This document shows, piece after piece, positions 40,405-52,760 of a DNA stretch of 64,000 bases. The notes below the pieces were generated by a model that saw only the letters and a list, made by a program, of their open reading frames with translations, ran no database searches and was not told the DNA's origin. The translations under genes were made by a program, and so were the position numbers. Source of the DNA: Cycas panzhihuaensis (Eukaryota > Plantae > Cycadophyta). The stretch lies in assembly GCA_023213395.1 (NCBI GenBank), contig CM041465.1, positions 52,211,741 through 52,275,740 on the forward strand, written 5' to 3'. Each line of letters starts with the position of its first letter. Position 1 is the first letter of the stretch.

Positions 40405-40515
40405 GAAGCACACATGATTACTATTGAAAATAATCCTATCAAACTTTAAATCTGGGACATAGCTAGATAAAAGTCTTATTAATCTATTACAAGATCTTAT
40501 TCCAAGGGGGTAACT
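40405..40515 (+). pseudogene. RABB1: captured Rab2/RabB small GTPase fragment (switch region)
   Basis: EAHMITIENNPIKL*IWDIAR*KSY*SITRSYSKG vs Rab2/RabB [35 protein letters not shown]. Confidence 0.9.
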
Positions 40516-41589
40516 TCACCAAAATATAAGAACAATGCATGGTACTAGTGAGAATGGAAGGGTAAAGATTGCAACATAGGTTGCTAAACAATTCAACATG
40601 TATGGGAGAGACTACATAGGAACGATTAGGCTATGACATAATGCTGTAAATCATTATGGTTGCATATGATTAACAACATAATGATTTAATTGTATTATGA
40701 GTCCATCTTACAATCAAAGCATCAAAGAATAATTCCCAAGTAAGCCAATATTACAGATATTGGGTAAAAGTGTTGACCCATGGTCAACCAGATGAATCAA
40801 TGGTGGTGAAGTGAATGGACTGTCCATGTTTAGTTTTGTATTATCCTTATAAGCAAATTTAGATTAGGAGTAGCAATCCCATTCACTTCTATATTCCACT
40901 ACAAATTCTTATAGTTAAGATATCCATGTATAGGATTGCCATCACAAAAGATTGTTACATAGACTCCCTCTTCACTTCTTGGATGAAATCCTTATGCAAA
41001 AATAAATAGGGGTAGAGGCTAAATGACAAGTATAGCATAATTTAAAATATGTGTGGTTTGAAAATTATCTAGCCACTTGGTACCTACAAATTTGGTTGAC
41101 TTCGTGTCATTCTAAAAAATTGTGAACTTTAAAGCTGACCCAATAAGGTGGTTGTAAGAATAAAGGAAGAACCTACCCTTTATATAAAAAAGATAAAGAT
41201 TAAAGAACCTAGCTCTAATACATGTTGAAGAAGGAGCAGAAATCAAGAAATGTTACATTGCATACCATAGGATCAATGGAGACTAGTTATGGATAGGTGG
41301 AAAACCCCTTTGGTGGAAGAAAAACCACCTCAAAATTTATTAAACTTTATTATTATAATTTATAGTACAAAAGTTTTCTAATTTTCTACATTCACTCTCA
41401 AATATATAATGAGAGAAATGATGTACATTGAATTAGGTAACTGCCCATTTTATTAAATTTTAATAATAACTTTAATATAATAATAAATATTTTATATTAG
41501 AAATTAATATAAAATATTACAAGATAACATTATATTCTAACAGTCTTTAAGGGGTGGGAGACCATATATCGACTACAAGAGGAATCCAT

Positions 41590-44500
41590 TCATATAAGGT
41601 GTTCTTCTCTCTTCACTACCTCCTTTTATACTCGAGTTGCCTAAATTTATGAGTGAGTCAATTTAGGATTCAATAGGGAATATACAAGCTTTTTCTCTTT
41701 CATGTGCCGACTACCTCCCCTATGACTATCTAATGATGATGTTATTTCCAAAGACCCTTTAGGGTGATGCCTTGAACTAGTTCTATAAATTGAAACCTAC
41801 ATCTATCTTCTCTTTCTAGTAGTTGGTTAATACCCTTATGAGTTATCTTGACATGGCTAGGCCATTCAAAATTAGTACTAAATCTCTACTCTTTATCAAA
41901 CAAGGTAGAGAAGAGTCATCACATGGATGTGTCTATCATTTTTTGGATCTTGTCTATGTCTGCCAAGCTCCCTTATAAAATGACTTCTTGTTAATGTCAT
42001 CACTAACGCATTAAGTCCTAAGGTATACCTTGAGATCCTTAAACTAGGGCCCACTTCCTATAAAGAATCCATTGTGAAGTGCTAAACTTTTAAATCATTT
42101 GATATTCAAGCTAAGATCAAAAAGCTAACCAAACCTTTTATACCCAAAGAGATGACTAAACTAGCTTAAGAGTCTAAATTGACATAAGGTGATTACACCT
42201 ATGATCACTTAACTTTTGTAGTTTGATCTTTGGAAAGGTTCATTGATGCTAAAATTCATATTGATACCTTTCTTATTTTTGATCTTAAGAAGGATACCAA
42301 AGTCATATACTTCACTAAATAAAAAAGGACCTTAATGCAACAACTCTCAAGAAAATCCCTTATTACTTTTATCACCAAAATCACATATATGATCAAGAAG
42401 ATTGTCATAAACTTAAAGCCATTAATCAACATAGTTAGGATAATGAAAATCCTACCTTCAAATTAAACTAAGATTAACTTATACATAAAGACTTATTTCT
42501 TAACTATGGTAAAAAGACCATTGAGGATAAGGGTAAATATAAGAAACAAAATGGTAGTAATATCAAAGATTTTGATTTTATGGTTACCAACAATAAGTCA
42601 TCACCATCTAAATACGATGATAAATAGACCAATACATTAAACAAACCATCTCTCAAAAGTAAAACACTTAAGAAGATGATCAATATGCTCGAGGACACTA
42701 AGGTCCATTCTACCTCTAAACCTCTTGAGGATGTCTTACCACCTAAAGAATAAGTTTACAGGCTCCTCTCCTCAACTTCCCATTAGATCTACTCATTTCA
42801 AGTCTTTTCCTCAATTCCATTTCTCATAGATGAGTTAAAGATTATTCTTATAGGAGTTCCTATAATAGACCTCCTTATGAGCTACCCTTATCAATGATAA
42901 GTCCTAATTGATACCATCAAGATGTGAAGGTCTGATTTTCCCCTTAGACTAACTTTGCACATTAATTAATGAGGAAAATAAAAATCATAACGAACTTATC
43001 CATTTTACATTGATATGCTCAAAGATAATATTAAACATTAAAAGGTGTATTGTTGACAAGAAATCTTTCATCAATGCCATGCCACTTCACATCCTTAAAG
43101 ACTTGGAGGTGTCTTCTTATGAGCCTGTCAACTAGATTTGTTAAGGACATGATAAACATTAGAAAACCCTAATTAGTTAGGTTACTCTCTTACATACTCT
43201 TGAAGGGAAGATAATCATAGTTGAGAGTTTACTATCCTTAACCTTAATTTAGAGTTTAACCTTTTATTAGGTCATCTCTAGATAAATTAGATATTGATAG
43301 TTTATTCCTTATTATTAAGTGAATGCAAGTTCATCCATGATGGTAAGCTCAAAGTTATCAAGTGTAAGAGAAAATCTATTAAATAATTTATTCCCTTGGT
43401 TGGTACAATTATGGAAGAGGGAGAGTTTTCCACTTCTTTTAGGTCATTAGATTTTAGGCAATACTTTGCTACAAAATATTCACCTTTAGGTTCCCAAGTT
43501 GAGTCAAGGGATATTTTCATAATCACTATGTATCCTTCAAGTGATGAGTTCCATTTTTGGCAGTCCATTGAGCATCTCACTTCCAATAAAGAAGTGAGGT
43601 CATCCCTCCTCATCAATCTTTCTTTTGATCAGGATCTTTAGGCCACCTAGGGCATATAATTTGATCTTCAAATACTCATGCCTGAGTAGCTTTTCCTCCT
43701 GATCAAACTACTTTGATAAAGGTTACTCCTTTCACTCTTAAAACTATGACATAAGATCCGCCCATATGTAGTCCTTCCCCCTTTGATTATCCTTACTAAG
43801 GAGTCTCAACTCCAAAATTCATTCTTAATCTAGATCATTTTGAGAATGACGAGATAATCTTGGAACACTTTCTAGGAGCCTCTCTAAATCTCCTACTTAA
43901 TCATGATAGGCTTAGTTTTTCTAAGCATAGTCAACTTAACTCCACCTTAGCGAGTTTAAATCATGAACCACACACTTCCTCTCTTTTTCTAGATCTTACT
44001 CCTCCCTACTTTGACGAGCTTAATGCTATGCTAGTAGAGAAACTATTGACATTAACCTCAAGGTGAATGAGACTCTAAAAATAATCAAAACAGGAGTAAA
44101 TTGCTCTCCCTTTAAGGTTAAATAGTTGAAAGAACTATTCAAAGAATTATCTTTAGTTTTTACATGGGATTACAATGATATAAAATGCTTGAATCATAAT
44201 GTTATGGCCTACAACATCATTATCACTATGGGGACTATACCCAAGTGCTAAAAGTAGGAATCTATCCACCTACACCTCTCTGTAGTAATTAAACAAGAGA
44301 TTAAAAATATTCTAAAAGCTAACTTCATAAAAATAATGGACTAATCTTGATGGGTATCAAACATTGTGCCTATTGCCAAGAAAAATAGCTCTATATACAT
44401 TTGCAATGTTAATGACTCTTTCCCTAAAGATAAATTTCCATCACTATTTCTTGACCAAATTTAGGGTTGATCAACTCACTTTGAACTACTGTCCCTTATG

Positions 44501-47500
44501 GATGGCTTCTTAAGGTACAACCAGATTCTTATCTCCCCAAGGATCACCATAAAACTAAGTTTACCACACTATGGGGAACCTTTTCCTATAAGGTTAAGCT
44601 ATTTGGCCTTAATAATGTTGGGGTTACTTATCAATGCCATGATCTTTATTTTTCATGACTTGTTAGGCATCACTATCATAGTCTGCCTTGGTCACATGCT
44701 GGGATTATCTTGTTATTAAAAGGATCATATTAGGGATCTAAGGGTTATCTTTGAAAGATGTCAAAAATATTAGTTATGTCTTAATCCCAACATAGATGCC
44801 TTTATGATTACCTTAATTAAAATAATTAAGAATATTATATCAAGAAATGGTATTAGGGTAGATCCATATAAAGTAAAAGTTATCCTTATGGATGGCTTCT
44901 CAAGGTACAACCATATTCTTGTCTCCCTAAGGATCACCATTAAACTGAGTTTACCACACTATGGGGAACCTTTGCTTATAAGGTTAAGTTATTTGTCCTT
45001 AATAATGTTGGGGCTACCTATCAATTCCATGATCTTTATTTTTCATGACTTGTTAGGCATCACTATCATAGTCTACCTTGGTCACATGCTGGGATTATCT
45101 TGTTATTAAAAGGATCACAATAGGGATCTAAGGGTTATCTTTGAAAGATGTCAAAAATATTAGTTATGTCTTAATCCCAACATGCATGTCTTTATGATTA
45201 CCTTAATTAAAATAATTAGGATTATTGTATCAAGAGATGGTATTAGGGTAGATCAAGATAAAATAAAAGTCATCCTTATGGATGGATTCTCAAGGTACAA
45301 CCAGATTCTTGTCTCCCCAAGGATCACCATTAAACTAAGTTTACCACACTATGGGTACCCTTTGCCTATAATGTTAAGATATTTGGACTTAATAATGTTG
45401 GGGCTACTTATCAATTCCATGATCTTTATTTTTCATGACTTGTTAGGCATCATTATCATAGTCTACCTTGATCACATGCTAGGATTATCTTGTTATTAAA
45501 AGGATCACATCAGGGATCTAAGGGTTATCTTTGAAAGATGTCAAAAATATTAGTTATGTCTTAATCCCAACATTCATGTCTTTATGATTACCTTAATTAA
45601 AATACTTAGGAATATTGTATCAAGAGATGGTATTAGGGTAGATCTAGATAAAGTGAAAGTCATCATCGATATGCCCCCACCCTTTAACTAGAAATAATTC
45701 AAATCTTTCCTTAGAAGGTTGTTTTCTTATAACACTTTCTTGTTGACTTTACCCTTAATGAAAAACCACTCATAAACCTCCTAAAAAAGGGTGTCTCACT
45801 TGAGTGGACCCTGATAGTTTAAGAAGCATTTGAGAAATTAAAATATATGCTGATTTTAGCTCCTATCCTAACTGTGCTAATTTTTAATAAGCCTTCTATT
45901 TTTTATCTCTTCAACTAAAGAATTCCTAGGGAGTATGCTTGCCTAAGAAGAATTTAGGGAGTACGCCATATATTTTATTAGTTATACTTTGGTTACTAAA
46001 TAAACTAGTTACCCCCCATTTGAAAAATAATGTTTAACTTTTGTCTTCATAACTAAGATGCTATGCCACTATCTACTCAATAATACTACCTATGTAATAA
46101 CATAATTAGACCTAATTAGACTCCTTCTTACTAAAATGAACCTTACTAACTAAGTAGGTAAGTGGCCTCTTCTCCTTTAAGAGTTTGATTTGTAATACTT
46201 AATTATAAATCCAACAAGGGAATGGTTGTTGTTAAATAGTTAGTCGTGACACCTCTCCCCAATAATGATCATCATATGGTTGATGATATACTTCTAAATT
46301 AGCATATTTTCCAAGTTGATACTCTCTCATATAAGGATGAGGACAAATGGTATAAAGATAATTCATAAGTACTTATAAAAACAAGCTTATCCATTGAATT
46401 CCTTTTCTAAGAAGAAGAGGAGAGTTATGGCAGTCATGCACTAATACCTATTACTTGTTGAGGCTCTCTACAAATGTTTATTTGATGGAATTTTTCTAAG
46501 ATGCCTCACTCCTTCTAAAGTACAAGTCACCCTAACTAAGTGCCATGATAGTATTTCTAGGGGTCATTTTAGTGGCTAATCCACAACTTAGTGTCTCCTC
46601 TACATGTATTATTATTGGTCCATCTTGTTTAAAGATGCATACACTTTTGTCCAAGGTTGTGAGAAGTGCCTAGCTAGTTCCTCCCTCATTCACCAATCAA
46701 CCACTCCCTTGGTAGTTATCCTCTCACCATATCCATTCTCCTAATAGGGCATTGACCTCATTGGCCAAATACACCCTCATTAATCTAGTAGATATAAATT
46801 CATTTTGACCATCATAAAGTATTTAACTAGGTAGAGTGAAGCAGTCTCACTAAGCATAATAACTAGGAAGATGATCACCACATTCATCTTTTTACATATT
46901 ATTTCTAAATTTGGGGCCCCTAATATTATCATTACTAATAATAGGACCTAATTCTATAATACCCATGTTAATGAGATATGTGAAAAATTTCACATAATGC
47001 ATAAGACATTGCTCCTCTACTACCCATAAGCTAATGGTTAAATTAAAGTATTTAACAAAATATTGGTTGAGATCTTGGATAAAATAATGGCCTCCTCTCA
47101 TCATGTTTGACACACCAAACTCTTTCAAGTTTTGTAGGCATGCTACACCTCTATAAGGAATGTTATAAGGGTGTCACCTTTCTCCTTAGTCTATGGAATA
47201 GAAGCCATTCTTCCTCTAGAGGTGGAGATCCCCTCCCTTAAAGTCTCATATAGGAATTTCATTGATGAAGAGTGGCCAAGACAACCCAGGATATTAGAGT
47301 TAGAAAACATGGATGAAACTTATATTAAAGCCTATTAAAGAAACTTGGCTTCTAAAAGTATGGCTCAAGTAGCCCATGATAGACATTTGAGGCCTAAAAT
47401 ATTTTAAGTAGGTAAGAAAGTACTAAAATTAGAATACTTTCATGATAAAGAAAAGAAGTTTGCTCCCAAATAGGCCAACCCATACCTCATGATTAAAAGC

Positions 47501-47590
47501 TTAGATAATGGGGCTTATCTCCTCACTACTCTTAAGGTCCTTGAATTTTAAATTACTATTAATTCTTAGTATTTAAGGAAATACTATGCA
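41590..47590 (+). pseudogene. gag-pol: Ogre/Tat-like Gypsy gag-pol remnant
   Basis: LPKF...LFPKTL*GDALN*FYKL (Gag), IVDKKSFINAMP (PR), MDGFSRYNQI and VYLDHM (RT), WPLLL*EFDL (RH), CHD..GHFSG..YYWSILFKDA..CEKC and GIDLIGQIHP (IN), SPFSLVYGIEAILPLEVEIP. Confidence 0.9.
44494..45663 (+). repeat. three tandem 390-bp copies of the RT core
   Basis: ATGGATGG unit anchors at 44498, 44888, 45278. Confidence 0.96.
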
Positions 47591-50050
47591 TATACTCTTT
47601 AGGCATTTCTCCAAAATTAGTGCAAACTACACATTCTCCACAAATAGGCTTAAACTACAACCTCATCCCCTCATGTCTAGTGCTTAAGAGGCATAATATC
47701 CTCATGTCCTTGTATAGAACATGGGTCTCTTTAAACCTCAAAAGGTAAGTTAAGAGCCTCATTAATCTAAGTGTGATAAACTCAAGAATGTAAGAGAGTA
47801 CCTAGAAGGACAAACCCATGTGAGAACTATGGGCCAAGGAGGGCCTTAGTAGGGGGTAGGTCTCTCAAAGCCTCTTATACCTATAAATAACTAAAGGAGA
47901 ATCCATTACAACTAGGGGGTTTAAGGCTTATTGAATGAGTCTCTTAATCCATTTAGTAAGCAACGAGTTTTCTTTGAGAAGAGTCATACGAATGTGAGTT
48001 AGTTAAGGCTCCTTGATATTAATAAGCATTTATATGATTCCTTTTGGATGTATCTCCTAAATTATATTTGGCCTCCTCTTCAAGGGAAGCCAATACAATT
48101 CAAAATTTTGTTCCTCTGAGCTTAGTATTAATTGATTTATTTAGTGGATTTGTCTACTAAATAAACCAACAAACCCTAAACTTGTAGGGATGGAGCATTC
48201 ACTCCTTATTATCTTCTCCCTCACTATCTTGGGAATGTAGCCTTCATCTCTACACCACTCTTATCCTTCCCTTTAGGGTTTATTGACCTCAAAATCAAGT
48301 GTAAACTATAGGTATATATTATTTCCTAAAAATACAAAAAAATAAAACTAAAAAAATTATAAATTCATAAAATAATAAAAGTAGGTATTTTTCCATTCTT
48401 GTATGATATCTTTTTATAGTCTTGGGCCTTCTAAGACCTTCTCTCCCCTAGCTTAGTCGAGTAAGATGGTGTTTAGTCATGGGTCCAAGTAGTTAGCTTC
48501 TTTATTTGGAATTACATCCCCTTTGAGTAGCCCCTTTTTATAATAAGCTAATTAGATGTCCTCTTAATACTCTTATGATTACTTTTGCTTACTTTTTTTT
48601 AGTCCACTTACCTAGTGAATAGTTTCCCTCTTACTTCTTTGATAGTTAAAGCCTCTTCAATAATAGACCATTTTATAGTTGACCTTTCCCTCAATCAAAA
48701 CTATTGCTAGCACTTGTTTATCTATCCATTAGCCCTACTTATAATTAGTCACCCTCAACTTCTTAAGTTGTTTACTTTACTTAGTACTAGCCTTAGTTAC
48801 ACCTTAATCAACTTTTAGTTTGCTTCTTTCACCATTTGTACACTATGTACTTGATACTACAAAAATCCTCTTTGGGGTATATCCTACCTACTCCTCCATA
48901 GTGAGTTGTTTAATGATTTCTCCTTCATAATCAAAGATACTTTAATTAACTATCCATATTAGTACATGTGGTTCATCCCTTAAGGGTGTAGTCTCAACTT
49001 ATTTATTAACCACACTTCTTTTAATGAGTTTTTGTTAAAGCATCTTAGTCTCAATACCCTATAGTTGGGCTAGTCACTACTATACTTATCAAAACCATTT
49101 ATCATCACCACTTGCCATGTCTCAATCAAAGTCAGGTAATGGCTATAGTTAACATATCCCCTTAAATAAGTATGAGGGTAGATGAGATGCATTATTTAGA
49201 AAATGGGTTCAACAATGCCTAGTTTACTATGACCCTCATTTAAACTATCATATGAAGTGATACATTCCTTTAAAAAATATTTATGTATATTTATATAGAT
49301 TCTCCTATCTTCTTAGTATTTGGGATAAATCGTGTACTAATTTTATCCCTACCTATAAATACATAATTTGGGTTTATTCATATGCATCAGTTAGGAGCTT
49401 TAGATTTAGTTGCTTAGGCACACCATGAACTAAATTATGATCAAAACCTATCAATACTCGAGAGGTTCTAATTACTGGTTTTAGAAAGGGTAGTTATAAT
49501 GGTAAAACCAAACCATAAGGCTAATTTCTTTCCATAGTTATAGAGTTGAAGTCAATCCATTTAGTCTTAGTCATGTCCTTGATAGTTGATTCTCATAGCT
49601 TCCCCTTGTTCATTAGATTATCTCTAAATTTTTGTCCTTTTGGTGAGAGTTAAGGGAATCTAAGGTCCTTTATTATGATGTGGTTTATCTGTGACTAAAG
49701 GGGTAATATTATTACTAGCATCAAAGTCTTTCTCTCTTAAGTAACCAATAATATAGTAGAATACACACTAGTCAAAAGAGCACTCAATGATGTCCTTTAG
49801 TTTTACAATGGACTAATTAACTTGTTTTTAGATTCTCCAATTATTGTGTACCAACTTACCCACATTTATCAAGCTTGTTCAAACCACTTACACAACCTCT
49901 TAGATGCTACCACTTCTATGATAACATAGTTATCATCCAGTGCCATTCAACACATCCTACATAGCCAAAATATTGAAGCTAACTTGCTTATGTCCTATAT
50001 CCTTGATTACCATTTCCCTTAGCCCTATCTCTCTTAGATGGTGGTATGAG

Positions 50051-50252
50051 CACTCTATAATAAGTATAAACTAGCTCAACACACTATAATGAGTATAAAC
50101 TAACTACACACTTTATAATATGTATAAATTAACTGTATATTGCGTAATGAGTATAAACTAATTTCACACTCTATAATGACTATAAATTAATTATACACTC
50201 CATAATGAGCATAAACTAGCTCCATACTCCATAAGCAAGTATAAACTAACTC
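50051..50252 (+). repeat. 29-bp tandem array (~7 units, CACTCYATAATGAGTATAAACTARCT...)
   Basis: Regular 29-bp periodicity read directly. Confidence 0.88.
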
Positions 50253-51599
50253 TTTACCTAAGAGCTACACTTAGGGGTATTGTTGTCTTTATAATGAGGA
50301 TGAACAATGGCTTTGAAAATTAAGTACAAATAGACTAAAACTATGGTAGTATCTCATCTTATATGATAAGTACATACTCCAAAATGAGCATAATTTAATG
50401 TATATGATATAAATAAATAAATATCAACAAAAGTTCAAAAAACATTTGTCTACTTATATATGACTCCAAAAATATATTCATACATGATGAAAGAGACTAA
50501 CTATTAAAGGGATAAAAATTGGGGAATAAGGGATAAGTGATAACAAATGATAGTATCCACCTTATCTTAATAAGAAAAATTATGATACATATATATAAAC
50601 AACTCATAAATGGTATAATATATATGATACAATGATATAGGTATACCATGCCCATATCACTTTCATAGGCAGAATACATCATTCTTAGAGTTGAGCCTAA
50701 ATCCTCGCTACCCCATGGCCATGGAGAGAGCTTACATCTCCTCATCCCTAATCATCTCTCATACTTAAAATAGGTGGTTAAGGTCCCTATTGTAGTTGAG
50801 GGGTTATTGAGAACTACCTTATTTACCCTCAACCTAGTGGGTATACACATATGACCTCTCCCCTTTATGAGTGTGGATCCATGGGTGATGGATGGTTTAG
50901 CTCATTAAAGGTATGGCTTATCCCACTACTTAAAGCATTCCTATCCATCGTAAGTGATATCTATCTCCCACAACATCCTTTAGATGTATCTCTAACCCTT
51001 ATACCTCTTCATCCCTAACTTCTAACTACTCTTATAACTTTGCCTCTTGCATGGTCATCTACACTTGTAGTTCTTAATACATGTCTAATGCTCTAATAGT
51101 ATGTGCAAAATGGTGAATTTGTATACCTAAGAACTCATGGCTATTATTATTTCATATATGAGCCTTATTTGGCCTATATTAAAATGATAGACTGCCATAT
51201 AAGGTGTGGTGGATAAAAGTCACATTCACCTTATCCCCTCCTATAATAACAATCATCAACAAGATGTAAATCTCATCTCTATATATGTCTAAGTCACTAA
51301 AATATCTATATGATAAATTAAAACATAAATTAAAAATAACAAAACTATGTATATACCATCTCCTTTACCTATAGATCCTCCCTATAAAATTGCCTCTACC
51401 TTTCTCCCCTTATTACATCCACTAACTACTATAATGCCTCCATAATATTAGCATCTCTTACATCTCCCCCGTTACCTCCTCCTCCACCCACTGGTTGAAC
51501 TTATACTACTAGGAGAATTTTCCCCTCTCGATCTAGGAGAAATTTCCCCACTTGATCTAAACTATCTCCTCTACCTCTTACGTCACCTCCCCTCTCATT

Positions 51600-52444
51600 A
51601 TTCAATGGGGAGATGGTGGTCTATGCACTATCAATATTTCTACATCTACATCCTCATCTAACCATGGGAGTATGTCATCGTATAAGTTAGCCATCCACCA
51701 GTTCCAAGTAATCAGATTTAGTTGAGGGCTCTGAAACTCCTTGCCCTCACCTCTCATCTCTCTTGTATTTATACCCTTATATACCACTAGTTCATAACTA
51801 GATCAATAATAGTCAAATCTCTTAGCACTCTAATAGAATGTATAAGAGGAATGTGGTATATAGCTAGCTTAGTAAGACAAAGATATATGAGAATCCACTA
51901 CTATTATTATAGTGAATCCTAAATAACTAATGCTACATGCTCTCTATAATGTAGCTATAATGTTACATGCTCTCTATGACCTAGTAGACTTATATAGTTT
52001 TGTACCTTACTAGTGTAGTATAAAATAACAAGTTCCACCACCTTATAGATGATGGGAATACCTTATGCACATCAAAATGCTACCACTCAAATACTAAGTA
52101 GCTAAAGTGTCCTAACTCACTAGTCATATACTAGCTCACTGCCACCTACTTATCATTCTCTATCACTTGAATAGGAATCATAGACTACCCTCGCCATGAT
52201 ACCCTAATATCCTTCCAACATCAAAGGGATTGATCCTTAAGTTCCCCATCATTTTAGACCTAAAAATATTCTTACCATGAATCTAATGATTAACAAGATT
52301 TATTAACATATCATTCTTCATCACCAACTAGATTGAGTGACTGACTTTGGCTAACCCACATTGATATAATACCTATCACTTAAGTAGAGTTAGATGATTT
52401 AATAACATATCTAAAGCTAGTCCCTTATTCAGATGAGTCTCCAT
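51600..52444 (-). pseudogene. antisense plant-mobile-domain (PMD/MAIN-like) ORF remnant
   Basis: From ATG 52444: ...HLTLLK**VLYQCGLAKV...MLINLVNH*IHGKNIFRSKMMGNLRINPFDVGRILGYHGEG fits the PMD pattern LxxLxxxWxxxxxxF...xTxxDVxxILGxxxxG. Confidence 0.5.
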
Positions 52445-52549
52445 ATGATATAATCTTTATAAAACAAGGTTAAATAAACAAAAGTTAATCCAAAATAGTT
52501 CAAAAATCAATTTATTAAAAGTTGACTCTAAAAAGCAATTTTTATTTAT

Positions 52550-52760
52550 CATAGTTTTCAAATGAAAACTATGGCTTTATAGTCAAAACCATGTTTTTTT
52601 GTTGAAAACTATGACTTACTAATCTAAGACTATGACTTTTACTTGAAAATAGTGACTTGTCAAATGAAAAGTATGATGAATATATTCATCATAATTTTCA
52701 TTTATAAGTCATGGTTTTGAATCATCTTCTCATAATTTTTATTATAGGACTATAGTTTTG
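52550..52760. repeat. ~20-bp AAAAC(C/T)ATGAC array followed by inverted copies
   Basis: Six direct units 52565-52675, then GTCATGGTTTT-type inverted units; similar block at ~1160-1330. Confidence 0.7.

Larger units (their letters stand above)
34116..41542 (-). mobile_element. Ty1/Copia element D (full-length, degenerate) with ~2.5 kb leader carrying host gene fragments
   Basis: LTRs 34116-34436 and 41223-41542, PPT 34437-34448, PBS 41212-41222, possible TSD ATTTT/GTCTT (two transitions). Confidence 0.92.

Noticed and set aside
44498-45499. Three similar hydrophobic ORFs that look like a membrane-protein cluster
   Set aside because: Frameshifted readings of the triplicated RT segment
50051-50252. 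29-bp repeats as a CRISPR-like array
   Set aside because: Head-to-tail units without unique spacers, no cas genes, plant retroelement context
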